64,000 nt of DNA, taken from the human T2T-CHM13v2.0 reference genome, Homo sapiens. Below, one piece after another: positions 32,405 through 45,990 of the stretch; the first letter of the stretch is position 1; the number at the start of each line of letters is the position of its first letter. The notes under the pieces are model-generated. The model saw only the letters and a program-made list of their open reading frames with translations. It was not told the origin of the DNA and did no database searches. The DNA lies in assembly GCF_009914755.1 (NCBI RefSeq), contig NC_060925.1, one strand, 5' to 3'. The translations under genes and the position numbers were made by a program.

Positions 32405-33218
32405 TGTGATGGTTGATACTGAGTGTAAACTTGATTGGATTGAAGGATTGATCCTGGGTGTGTCTGTGAGGGTGTTGCCAAAGGAGATGAACATTTGAGT
32501 CAGTGGACTGGGAAAGGCAGACCCACCCTTAATCTGGGTGGGCACCATCTAATCAGCTGCCAGCACAGCTAGAATAAAAGCAGGCAGAAAAATGTAAAAA
32601 GAGAGACTGGCCTAGTCTCCCAGCCTACATCTTTCTCCCATGCAATGCTTCCTGCCCTTGAACATCAGACTCCAAGTTCTTCAGTTTTGAAACTCGGACT
32701 GGCTCTCCTTGTTCCTCAGCCTGCAGATGGCCTATTGTGAGACCTTGTGATTGTGTGAGTTAATACTTAATAATCTCCCCTTCATATATATATATATATA
32801 CACACACACATATATATATACACATATATATACTTAATAAACTCCCCTTTATATATATAATATAATATATTATATATTATATATAATTATATATAATATA
32901 TTTAATATATTATATATAATTTAATATATTTAATATATTATTTTTATATATTATATATAATATATTTATATATTATATATAATTATATATAATATATTTA
33001 TATAGTATATATAATTATATTATATATATAAAGCAATCTCCCTGTTTATAGCTCATTTATAACAATCCTCAGAAATGGAAATTTGTAATTGATCAACCTT
33101 GACTAAACAAGAAGATTCCCAATGGCAATAAACTATAACATCTATTTCCCCCCAGAGAAAATGAGAAAGAAAACAATATTTTATATATATATTATTAAGT
33201 ATATATATACTTACACAC

Positions 33219-33266
<48 letters not shown>

Positions 33267-33306
33267 TCCATTACTTCTGTCCCTCTGGAGAACCCTAACT
33301 AATACA
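32405..33306 (+). mobile_element. MLT2A solo LTR (ERVL), copy 2, with expanded (TA)n/(CA)n and an internal 147-bp insertion
   Basis: TGTGATGG...CTAATACA termini; TSD ACCAC/ACCAT. Confidence 0.9.
32783..33030. repeat. Degenerate (TA)n AT-rich tract
   Basis: About 250 bp, almost purely A/T. Confidence 0.9.
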
Positions 33307-33851
33307 ACCATTTAGCAACTGTGTAATACTAAGCAATTTAATCTCTTGAAACCACTGAACTAAAATGATAATAAATAATAATAATAACATTACATGGGTG
33401 TAATAAGAATAAAACTTTTAAAAACTTAATATCATTCTTGGCTCACAGGAGTGCTCAGTAACTATTACTCATTATCATCACGGTTTTATTATTAAGATTT
33501 TTAAATTGCAAACTTTCAAAAGCTGTTTCTAGATATTATTTGAAATATCTTAGAACTAATAGATTAAACAATACTAATATATTAAACAGCTTAGCCTTTC
33601 TAGAAAATCAGAATTTTATAAAGCTTTGAATGTTTATAACTCTTGGGATGTTTTTCCTGGTTATTTTCAGGTCCTTCACATATCTAACAATGAAAAATTA
33701 CTGAATTAACGTAACAGTTGAAGTTATTCGCAGAAGTAACCATAGGTATAGCTAAACAGTAACTACTTCTTAGCCTGAAAGCAACCAAATATGAATACAA
33801 TAACAATGAACCTAATGTTTCTGGAAAAATCATTAATCCAACTGACTTTTA

Positions 33852-34189
<338 letters not shown>

Positions 34190-35928
34190 GTTCTGAAAAG
34201 TCAACGTCCATACCCAAATAGATGGAAAACTTCTACACATTTTTCTCATATCTCAGAAAAATATTCAGAGATAATACAGTACATTAAATACTTTTATTTT
34301 TCTACCTAGATAATAAGGAAGGCTGAGAAAATCTTAATGCATCACCTTCATCCTCTCCTATACACACTAGGCTAATACGAATAGTTTTCAATACAGGAGA
34401 AAAAAGATAATTAACTCTTTTCAGGTAAACTAACCCATTTCACTAAAAAGCAATCTCCCTGTTTATAGCTCATTTATAATAATCCTCAGAAATGGAAATT
34501 CGTAATTGATCAACCTTGACTAAGCAAAAAGATTCCCAATGGCAATAAACTATAACATCTATTTCCCCCCAGAGAAAATGAGAAAGAAAACAACTTTTGA
34601 AATGTCATTACTTGAATGCTTTTTAAAAACTATGTGATATTTTAAATGGAAAATGTTAATTATCTTTTAAAGACCTTCTTCTGAATGCCATATCCTTCCT
34701 ATTGTTGCTGTTCTTTCATTACTGGTCCCATAAATACACTAAGAGTCTTTTTGTACCATGGCTCTGGTAGGTTCTGGATATATAAGGATCAATAAGACAG
34801 TTCCTATTTTCAAGGACTGTTGATGCTACGACAGAGGCAGAATAGCAGGAACAGCAATAATGCTCACCAAGCGCCTATTATGTGATGTCAGGTTCTGTGC
34901 TAGATACCTGTAACATGCAGTTGTTGAAAAGTAGGAATCTTGAAATTGAGATATCTGAAGTAATAGTTACTGTGCTGGGGTGTGGCCATGGGTATAGCCA
35001 TGGGCTACTGTCCTAGGCTATGGCCATGGGAAGAGGTAGCTAGGGTAAGGTAAAGGCAAAGAGAATTGGAAGTGGGGACAAACAGCCCAGGTGTCAGATG
35101 GATGCTCAATTCGCTAAGAATGATGTTGCCAGTAATGATAAAGAAAGAAAAAGTGAGCCATGAATGTTAAGGAATAACTGGAAGGTGAGGTAATGGGGAG
35201 TAGAATGGCAAATGCTTCAGAGGAGCTGGCAATTTTGAGGAAGAGGAAAAATGGTGTAAATGGATGAAGAGGAGCAAAACTGACACTCTCTGACTCTCTA
35301 GGCCTCTAGTCTTAAAGGACTTACTCTCACTGGCCAGAACTCAGTCACATGGCCATGTCTAGAAAGTCGGAACATTTCATTCTTTAGCTGGGCTTACTGC
35401 CACCTCGAATAAAACTGAAGTTCTTTTATTAAAGAAGTGCCCAGCGAATATCTGGTAGATAACCAGCAGTTTTTCCATAAAAAAATAAAAACAAAACCTA
35501 TTATGATACCTGAAATTATTTTAACAGGTATAAATGATAAACTTGGGATGGCATTAAAGTGATTAAAGACACTACCTGGTGAGAAACAGAGGCGAACAGA
35601 GACCAAGTTTATCGATGCTTTTGTGTAAAGTTGCATACACAAACCGCAATCAAGTCAAAACAGAAGACTTGAAGATGTTCTCATACCATGAAGGAAGACC
35701 AATGAACTCAGACTGGTCAATGTACTGGAGGCAACAAGGACTTCCTTAGAGGAGTGAGTACATCCAGTACCTCTTTATATCGCCATCCATGTCTCCCGCA
35801 GTGCCCTGCATATTTTATACAGTGAATAAATGTTTGCTAAAGAAACAAATGTGTTTACATATGGAAGTATTTTCAACCAGGCCTTCAACACCAATAACTG
35901 TTGACACTTTTAGAAGAAAATCAAAGCA

Positions 35929-36393
35929 GCCCCTGCAGCCTCAGACTCCTCCAGCTGTCACCTATGGGATCCAGCCTCCAGGCCAACCGCAGGCTCCAGG
36001 CCAGCTCCTGTAGCCCCAGACCCCTCCAGCTGACACCTATGGGATCCAGCCTCCAGGCCCACCGCGGGCTCCAGGTCAGTTCCTGTAGCCCCAAATCCCT
36101 CCAGCTGACACCTATGGGATCCAGCCTCCAGGCCAACCGCGGGCTCCAGGTCAGTTCCTGTAGCCCCAAATCCCTCCAGCTGACACCTATGGGATCCAGC
36201 CTCCAGGCCAACCGTGGGCTCCAGGCCAGCTCCTGTAGCCCCAGACCCCTCCAGCTGACACCTATGGGATCCAGCCTCCAGGCCAACCGCAGGCTCCGGG
36301 CCAGTTCCTATAGCCCCAAACCCCTCCAGCTGACACCTATGGGATCCAGCCTCCAGGCCCAACGCAGGCTCCAGGCCAGCTCCTGTAGCCCCA
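35929..36393. repeat. Minisatellite, 75-bp unit, about 6.2 copies
   Basis: cctatgggatcc recurs at 35961, 36036, 36111, 36186, 36261 and 36336. Confidence 0.95.
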
Positions 36394-37290
36394 GGATTCA
36401 GACTGAAACCCAAAGACTCAGCCTCCGGGCCCAGTCCAGCCCCATGTCAGCCGCTACAACTCTAGGTTCCAGGCTCACTAGAATGCCAGGTCAGTCCTCA
36501 CAGCCCTAGACTCCAGGCCAGCACCCATGGACCCACGCTCCAGCAAACCCAGGACCCATGCCCACTCTATAGACTCAGAGTCCAGGCCTGCCTCAGTAAA
36601 CTCAGCATCCACAGCCTTAGGCACCAGGCTAGCACCTGTGAACCCAGGCTCCAGACCAAGCCCCGTGGACCCAGGCTCACCCCAGCACCAGGCCAATCCC
36701 AGGCTCTAGGCTGGTCCCTGTGATCCCAGACTCTAATAGACCCAGGATCCAAGCTCATTCCAGCAGACCCAGGGTCCAAGTCCACCCTGGTCAACCCTAG
36801 TGCCAGGTTGCCCCACAGATCCAGGCTCTAGGATTGCCCCTGTGGACCCAAGATCCAGACAGGTCCCCACAGGCCCAAGAACCAGGTCTCTTTCTGCATA
36901 CTCAAGCTCCAGGCTCACCCCAGCACCAGGCTAAACCCCATGGACTCAAACTCAAGGCCCATCCACATGGACCCAGGCACCCAGACAATCCTAGTGCCAG
37001 GCTGGCCCCCACAGACTCAGGCTCAAGGCCCACTCCAGGGCCAGGCTGGCCAGACTTCAGGCCAGCCCCTACAGACACATGCTCCAGGCTCGCACCCATG
37101 AGCTCAGTCAACAGACTCACCCAGTGGACCTCACCACCAGGTTTCCCCCATGGACCCGGGGTCTAGTCCTTCAAACCCAAGATCCAGACCTGTCCCAGTG
37201 GGCCCAGGCTCCAGACCCACCCCCATGGACCCAGGTCCCAGGCCTGCCCACCTATTGACCCAGGCACAAGGCTAGCCTGCCCAAGAACTT
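36394..37290 (+). mobile_element. Ancient L1M 5'UTR-like GC-rich degenerate repeat region
   Basis: Recurring ccaggctccagg / cccagcaccaggc / cccatggacc motifs typical of old L1M 5' ends. Confidence 0.6.
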
Positions 37291-37827
37291 GAGGTAGCCC
37301 TCCTTCCCTCAGGAGGCGGAAAGAAGGCAAATTACCTTACAGGCATGAAAGACACCAAAGGAATCATCAACTTGGCCTCTGTTTACACAGCAGGATCTAC
37401 CAGCTGGGAATGCATTTGAATGAGTGTTGGGGATGGGTAGATCAGAGATCTCAATATTCACTAAAAAGAATCTTTCTGAGAACGTTCTCCTCCCAAAAGG
37501 GCAGAAGGCCACAACTACTGAAACACAAAGCCTGACTTCATTTGAGAGACTGACTCCACCCCAGACCAATGAATCAGAATCTACATCTTAATCAAATGTC
37601 TAGGTGATTCATATTGCACTAAAGGTAGAAAAGCACTGGTCTAATATACAACAACAACAACAAAAAGCCATATCTGAAATGGAATTACAGACAATTATTT
37701 TGGATATGAAGCCTCTTTGGTTTAAAAATGCATTATCCTTTAAACTGCAGGCAGCAAGAGGTAATACATCACATGAAATAAAAGCTGTTATGATGCTTTT
37801 TGGAAGATGATCAAAATATCAAGATGG

Positions 37828-37906
37828 GGTCAGGCATGGTGGCTCATGCCTGTAATCCCAGCACTTTGGGAGGCCGAGGTGGGTTGATCACTTGAGGTCA
37901 AGAGTT
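37828..37906 (+). mobile_element. Alu left-arm fragment
   Basis: About 80 bp of the Alu 5' end, no tail. Confidence 0.8.
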
Positions 37907-38513
37907 CTACCAAAGTTAACAAATAACTCCTTTCAGCAAAACCCTGCTCCTTTTTCTTAGGCCAGAATAAATGCCAACATGTTTGTTTCTCCTGCCATGT
38001 TAAATATATTACAAGCTTGCTAGCTTTCACTCTGTTATTGATATCTTCAATACATGAAGAGGAAGTGCAAGATAAACAGAAACATTTATAGTCAAGGGAA
38101 ACACAAAGGCATTAAATAAAATTAAAAGATCTGGAATGGTGAGTCTGATTAGTCAGGGAGCAGACACCTGGTGTCTTAGACAAAACAACCATTAAAAAAA
38201 AGGAGGATGGAAAATGGAATGACTCACTTTTACTATATATGTATCTCATATGAAGTATTTTCTTCTGGGTAAACTAGAAAATAAAATGCAACTATTTTGG
38301 AGCAATATTATAATATGGAAGCTGAGAGATAATTATCCTTCAGATATCTTTTTCTGTCAGGCTAAATAATGTGTTTCTTCATCTTTCCCTAAAATCAGGT
38401 CTCATAAACCTTCAGAGTTTCCATTTCATGTATAGGTTGAGACTAAATTTAGAAAAATCAGGTCCCATAATGTTCTAAACAGAGATGGACACACACACAA
38501 AAAGAAAATGTAA

Positions 38514-38844
<331 letters not shown>

Positions 38845-39417
38845 TAAAAATAGAAATTTTATGTGTGTATATATATCAATAAAAGTATCACAATTACTGT
38901 CCTTAAAAAGCCTAGGTTTGGAAGAAAAATTATAATGGGAAACATACTGTGACAGCTCAGTAAAAGACAACTAAGGTAGTTAACTGATTCTCCTATTTAC
39001 TATCTGTCAAAAGACATTATTTGTAGTAGCTGAATTGAGCTGATTTTCTTCATACCTCAGAAATATTTCACCCATGGGACATTACATAATATTCTCTAGG
39101 ACTTACGCAGTGATAAATACCTGACCAAATTTATAATAAAGAAATCTTTCATTCATACATTTAAAAAAAATGAAACAAATCAAAATCATGCAGGATAAAG
39201 CTTAGGTATTTTCTGCCTAAGAATTTTACTGAATAAAATCTTACAAGACTAGGTTTTTCCTATGTGCTCAAATATTGAAAATTTATCTTTTGTCTCCAGC
39301 ATGTCTTTCAAACTGAATTTAATTGGTAAATTATTTAAACTATGTGCATAACACAATACTTACTTGAAAATTGATCTGAGTGAATCATGAGCATGTAACA
39401 TTTGAGACAGAGAACTA

Positions 39418-39541
39418 CATGCGAATTTTAAGTACTAGGAATAAATTGAAATACTTCGGATATGCCCATTTCCTAAGTATACTTAGGATATACCCATTTC
39501 CTAAGTATTTCAATTTATTCTTAATACTTAAAATTCACATG
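39418..39541. repeat. Inverted repeat: 47-bp arms with a central 28-bp tandem duplication
   Basis: Arms 39418-39464 and 39495-39541 are complementary at 42 of 47 positions. Confidence 0.9.
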
Positions 39542-40028
39542 GCACTACGGGCTTTTAAAGTATTTTATAAATATAAATATTTTAAAAATATTAAAATGTT
39601 ATAAATATTAAGCCTTACTGCATTTCTGCTCCCACCTCAAATCTGTGTATACTGCATTAAGTCATATTCCTAGGAGAGAAAGGACCCACCTTCTGTAACT
39701 TAAAATTAACACTAGAAATGTTTCCAGTAAAGGAAATAAAAAGAATTATCTGAGTGAAAGAATTCAGTAAAGAACCCCGTATAAATAGTACTGCCCTCCA
39801 AACTGTGCATTATATTGTCTATGAACAAGAAATGAAATGGACATGGACCATCAAAAGCGGGAACTGTGTAGAGCGGTGCTTTTCAAACAAATCACTTTTT
39901 TAAAACAAACACAATCACTAAAAATGCAGATTCTAACTCAGTAGGTCTGAAAGTGGGGCTTTTCTGCACTTGTAACAAGCTTCCAGGTGATGCTGATGCC
40001 TCCTGTCCACGGACCATACTTTGAGTAG

Positions 40029-40335
<307 letters not shown>

Positions 40336-40656
40336 TAAAATACATACATGTTATCTGGAGGTGCGAAAGCCCAGTGCCAGAAGACCACCAGTTAGGTTTA
40401 TCAGCTTGCTACAGTAAAAGGAGAATGCGTACTCTAGGAAACTGGGCATTTCTGCAAAGGGGAGTTAAAATGAACTTGCTATAGAGATTGTGTTTTCTAC
40501 TGGGTGATATGGGAGAAGGTAAAGAAAACAGAAGTCTGTTGTGAATTCAGTGTTGTCAGGAACCAAAGATTACTGGTAGACTAAACATTTTAATAATTTT
40601 TATCCAGGGAGCAGGAGGAACAAAGAGGCGCTAAAGTTGATAAAAAAGCAATTGTC

Positions 40657-40803
40657 AGCCAGGTGCAGTGGCTCATGCCTGTAATCCCAGCACTTTTGGG
40701 AGGCTGTGGCAGGAAGATTGCTTGAGGCCAGATGTTCCAGACCATCCTGGCCAATAGTGAGATTTCACCTCTGTTATCTTTTAATTGTTAAAAAAAAAAA
40801 AAA
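40657..40803 (+). mobile_element. Free left Alu monomer (FLAM-like)
   Basis: Monomer plus A tail; TSD aattgtcag. Confidence 0.8.
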
Positions 40804-41984
40804 AATTGTCAGTCACTCATGTTACTGAGGAGACCATATAAGAACTGAGACTGACCCAAGAACAACAAACTATGTTTTACCTCTTGGTCTCTATAGACAA
40901 TTTGACAATGAGAGAAAGGGTGGGAGAAATTGACCACTTATTACATAGTTTACCCCTCCCGCCGTGTATGATGTGAATCCTGTTATACATTATAAGATTG
41001 TTATACAATCCTATGTTATACAATGTTATACTTTCTGATATCAAAAAAAAAAACCTTTTTGTGCACAGAATATGAAAAAGGGACTACACAATAAGCGAGA
41101 GTCTTCGAGGTATAGGCCAGTACATTAATATCCTTTGGGGAACTACCTATGTTATATGACTCTCATGAAAAACGCACAAGAAAAGCAGATAGAGAATACA
41201 GCAAGCAGACTGCTTTGCACACGGTAAAGGGCAGTGCTCAGAAATACTATTAAGAAATAATATTACCATTTAGAAGCTTCCTTTAAATGAAAATAACTGT
41301 GGATAAATATCCCTTCTAACCACCGCATGAGGCAACGTACTTAGCATATGGTATACGGTATGAGCTTTAGACATGGACTGAGAATCTTGGCTTCACACTT
41401 AATATTTATAATATTTAGAGGACAACTTAGTTAACTTTTCTAGCTTCAGACTTCTTATCTATAACATGGAGGCAACACTGTTAACTTTGTTTTAAGGAGT
41501 AAATAAAATATGCAAAACATTTAATGTATTAAGTACCTCACAGTTGGCCCTCAACGGCATTTAAAGTGAACATGGTACCAAACCAGATTCAAAATGCCAG
41601 TTTAACATTTATTCATCCCACAGATATTTGTTACCATGTGCCAGACATTGTGTTTAGAAAGAAATGTAATATTTTAAAAGTACCGGGCTTCCTGGAGTTT
41701 ACAGTCTAGCATAAGGACAATTAATCTGACAATAGAAAGCACAGGATATTACCAGAACACAGAGCAGAGAGACCTGAAGCAAAGCAGCAGTGTGAGGCAG
41801 GGAAGTCTCCTCGGAGGAAGAAAACCTGAAGGAAAAGTAAGAGTTCTGAAGGACTTCTAGTTACAGCTATGTGGAGAAGTCAGTAATTCGTTACTATATA
41901 AAACAACTATAAAATTTGGAAAAAATTATATTAAAAATAACATTTCAGAGCACTGAAAATAGACCAAAGCAGAGAACAAATGAA

Positions 41985-44352
41985 AAAGCATTCATTCTTG
42001 AAAATCACCTCGAGGTTGAAGTCAGTTTCTGGGGACCTCCTTGTAGAAAGCATTCATTCTTGAAAATCACCTCGAGGTTGAAGTCAGTTTCTAGGGGACC
42101 TCCTTGTAGAAAGCATTCATTCTTGAAAATCACCTCGAGGTTGAAGTCAGTTTCTAGGGGACCTCCTTGTAGAAAGCATTCATTCTTGAAAATCACCTCG
42201 AGGTTGAAGTCAGTTTCTAGAGGACCTCCTTGTAGAAAGCATTCATTCTTGAAAATCACCTCAAGGTTGAAGTCAGTTTCTGGGGACCTCCTTGTAGAAA
42301 GCATTCATTCTTGAAAATCACCTCGAGGTTGAAGTCAGTTTCTGGGGACCTCCTTGTAGAAAGCATTCATTCTTGAAAATCACCTCGAGGTTGAAGTCAG
42401 TTTCTAGGGGACCTCCTTGTAGAAAGCATTCATTCTTGAAAATCACCTCGAGGTTGAAGTCAGTTTCTGGGGACCTCCTTGTAGAAAGCATTCATTCTTG
42501 AAAATCACCTCGAGGTTGAAGTCAGTTTCTGGGGACCTCCTTGTAGAAAGCATTCATTCTTGAAAATCACCTCGAGGTTGAAGTCAGTTTCTGGGGACCT
42601 CCTTGTAGAAAGCATTCATTCTTGAAAATCACCTCGAGGTTGAAGTCAGTTTCTAGGGGACCTCCTTGTAGAAAGCATTCATTCTTGAAAATCACCTCGA
42701 GGTTGAAGTCAGTTTCTGGGGACCTCCTTGTAGAAAGCATTCATTCTTGAAAATCACCTCGAGGTTGAAGTCAGTTTCTGGGGACCTCCTTGTAGAAAGC
42801 ATTCATTCTTGAAAATCACCTCGAGGTTGAAGTCAGTTTCTGGGGACCTCCTTGTAGAAAGCATTCATTCTTGAAAATCACCTCGAGGTTGAAGTCAGTT
42901 TCTGGGGACCTCCTTGTAGAAAGCATTCATTCTTGAAAATCACCTCGAGGTTGAAGTCAGTTTCTGGGGACCTCCTTGTAGAAAGCATTCATTCTTGAAA
43001 ATCACCTCGAGGTTGAAGTCAGTTTCTGGGGACCTCCTTGTAGAAAGCATTCATTCTTGAAAATCACCTCGAGGTTGAAGTCAGTTTCTGGGGACCTCCT
43101 TGTAGAAAGCATTCATTCTTGAAAATCACCTCGAGGTTGAAGTCAGTTTCTGGGGACCTCCTTGTAGAAAGCATTCATTCTTGAAAATCACCTCGAGGTT
43201 GAAGTCAGTTTCTAGGGGACCTCCTTGTAGAAAGCATTCATTCTTGAAAATCACCTCGAGGTTGAAGTCAGTTTCTGGGGACCTCCTTGTAGAAAGCATT
43301 CATTCTTGAAAATCACCTCGAGGTTGAAGTCAGTTTCTGGGGACCTCCTTGTAGAAAGCATTCATTCTTGAAAATCACCTCGAGGTTGAAGTCAGTTTCT
43401 GGGGACCTCCTTGTAGAAAGCATTCATTCTTGAAAATCACCTCGAGGTTGAAGTCAGTTTCTGGGGACCTCCTTGTAGAAAGCATTCATTCTTGAAAATC
43501 ACCTCGAGGTTGAAGTCAGTTTCTGGGGACCTCCTTGTAGAAAGCATTCATTCTTGAAAATCACCTCGAGGTTGAAGTCAGTTTCTGGGGACCTCCTTGT
43601 AGAAAGCATTCATTCTTGAAAATCACCTCGAGGTTGAAGTCAGTTTCTGGGGACCTCCTTGTAGAAAGCATTCATTCTTGAAAATCACCTCGAGGTTGAA
43701 GTCAGTTTCTAGAGGACCTCCTTGTAGAAAGCATTCATTCTTGAAAATCACCTCGAGGTTGAAGTCAGTTTCTAGAGGACCTCCTTGTAGAAAGCATTCA
43801 TTCTTGAAAATCACCTCAAGGTTGAAGTCAGTTTCTAGAGGACCTCCTTGTAGAAAGCATTCATTCTTGAAAATCACCTCGAGGTTGAAGTCAGTTTCTA
43901 GAGGACCTCCTTGTAGAAAGCATTCATTCTTGAAAATCACCTCGAGGTTGAAGTCAGTTTCTGGGGACCTCCTTGTAGAAAGCATTCATTCTTGAAAATC
44001 ACCTCGAGGTTGAAGTCAGTTTCTAGAGGACCTCCTTGTAGAAAGCATTCATTCTTGAAAATCACCTCGAGGTTGAAGTCAGTTTCTAGAGGACCTCCTT
44101 GTAGAAAGCATTCATTCTTGAAAATCACCTCAAGGTTGAAGTCAGTTTCTAGAGGACCTCCTTGTAGAAAGCATTCATTCTTGAAAATCACCTCGAGGTT
44201 GAAGTCAGTTTCTAGAGGACCTCCTTGTAGAAAGCATTCATTCTTGAAAATCACCTCGAGGTTGAAGTCAGTTTCTGGGGACCTCCTTGTAGAAAGCATT
44301 CATTCTTGAAAATCACCTCGAGGTTGAAGTCAGTTTCTAGAGGACCTCCTTG
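41985..44352. repeat. VNTR, 38 copies of a 62/63-bp unit GAAAGCATTCATTCTTGAAAATCACCTCGAGGTTGAAGTCAGTTTCT(A)G(G/A)GGACCTCCTTGTA
   Basis: Counted by hand: 23 units of 62 bp and 15 of 63 bp. Embedded in ancient L1M 5'-like sequence (about 41850-41985 and 44353-44560). Confidence 0.98.
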
Positions 44353-44569
44353 CCTCAGGCTGCTTCTACCCTACACTCAGCTGCCGTGGTGAAAACTTTG
44401 ACAAACTTGGGGCTGTCTGCAAAAGCCAGTATCTTTGCTACCAGAAGGGGCAGATCTGCTGCGGGATGGGGGGCAAAACTCCAGGTCTTTATCAGCTAAA
44501 GTAGCAAATGTGGTGGGAGACAAAAAGGGAAAAACCTTACCTTTGTTCCCTAACGCTATAGTCCAAGTT

Positions 44570-44701
44570 GGGGCAAGTGGTAGGAGGATCCCTTGAGCCC
44601 AGGAGTTCACGGCTACAGTGAGCTATGATCATGCCACTGCACTCCAGCCTGGGTGACAGAGCAAGATTCTGTCTCCAAAAAAAAAAAAAAAAAAAAAAAA
44701 A
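44570..44701 (+). mobile_element. AluJ right arm with poly(A)
   Basis: ggaggatcccttgagcccaggagttc...ctgtctcc followed by an A run. Confidence 0.85.
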
Positions 44702-44992
44702 GCAAACTCCATAAGAAGGAATACTGGAAATTGTTGATATGTAGGTAAATATAAAAGCCTGTATATTATATACTGTATTTTTAATTTCTTTACAAATCCT
44801 AAGATTGGCTTAAGGTAAAAACCATTATTCAGTGGATAACATATATAGATGGACAGTACATGACAAAAATAGCACAATGCAGAATGGGGAGGGATGAAGC
44901 TGTATGGGAACAAAGTTACCATACTTCACTAGATTAAGTAACTATAAAACTTTCAGATTATGCTATGTTCAAGATTCATCCTGTAATCCTTA

Positions 44993-45303
44993 AAGCAATG
45001 CTATCCAACAGAAATATGAGAACCATAAATATAAGTCACATATATAATTTTTAATTTTCTAGTAATATTTTAAAGGTTTTTAAAACATGAAACTTTAACA
45101 ACATATTTTATTTAATCCAACATATCCAAAGTATTATGACAACATATAATCAATACAAAAATTATGAATATTTTACATTCCCTATTAAGTCATTGAAATC
45201 TGATTTGTATTTCACTTTAGCACACATAAATTCAGACTAGCCACATTTCAAGTGCACAACAGCCACATGTAGCTAGTGGCTACTGCAGTGGGCAGTACAG
45301 CAC
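44993..45303. mobile_element. MER33-like hAT-Charlie element
   Basis: gccacatttcaagtgc...agccacatgtagctagtggctac terminal motif. Confidence 0.65.
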
Positions 45304-45563
45304 TAGAGCAACAACAACAACAACAACAGATGACTTTTAAAAAAATCAACAGATGAATTAAAACGGTACACTCCAAAAATATTTAACGCAAATGTAATAG
45401 AAGAACAGAGGAAGACAAAAAAGACATCAAACCTATAGAAAACAAAAATCAAAATGGCAGACATAAATCCAACCATATCCAAAATTACATTAAGCATGAA
45501 TGTACCAAACATTCACATCAAAAGGAAGAGACCATCAGGCTGGAGTTTTAAAAGCAAGCTTCA

Positions 45564-45990
45564 GCTGGGTGCGATGGCTCATGTCTATAATTTCAACACT
45601 TTGGGAGGTCAAAGTGAGAGGATCACTCGAGGCCAGGAGTTCAAGATCAGCCTGGGCAACTAAGCGAGACTCTATATCTGAAAAAAAAAAAAAAAAGGCA
45701 CAGTGGCATGCACCTATATTCCTAGATACATGGGAGGCTTAAGTAGGAGAACTGCTTGAGCCCAGGAGATAAAGGCTACGGTGAGCTTTGATTCCACCAC
45801 TGCACTCCAGCCTGAGAAACAAAGCGAGACCTTATTGAGAGAGAGAGAGAGAAAGAGAGAGAGAGAAAGAGAGAGAAAAAGAGAGAGAGAGAGAGAGAAG
45901 GAGAGAGGGAAAAAGGAGAGGGGGAGAGAGGGAAAAAGGAGAGGGGGAGAGAGGGAGAGAAGGAGAGAGGAGGGGAAAGGAAAAGAGAAC
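45564..45990 (+). mobile_element. AluJ whose tail is a (GA)n polypurine tract (45837-45990)
   Basis: Diverged dimer followed by about 150 bp of purines only. Confidence 0.85.

Noticed and set aside
35901-36509. 202-aa repetitive ORF and overlapping reverse ORFs
   Set aside because: A by-product of a 75-bp minisatellite. It starts at TTG and has no splice or promoter support.
41985-44352. CRISPR-like array or repeat-protein gene (ORFs of 99-132 aa)
   Set aside because: Units abut with no unique spacers, there are no cas genes and the context is a primate intron. The ORFs arise only from runs of 63-bp units and shift frame at 62-bp units.
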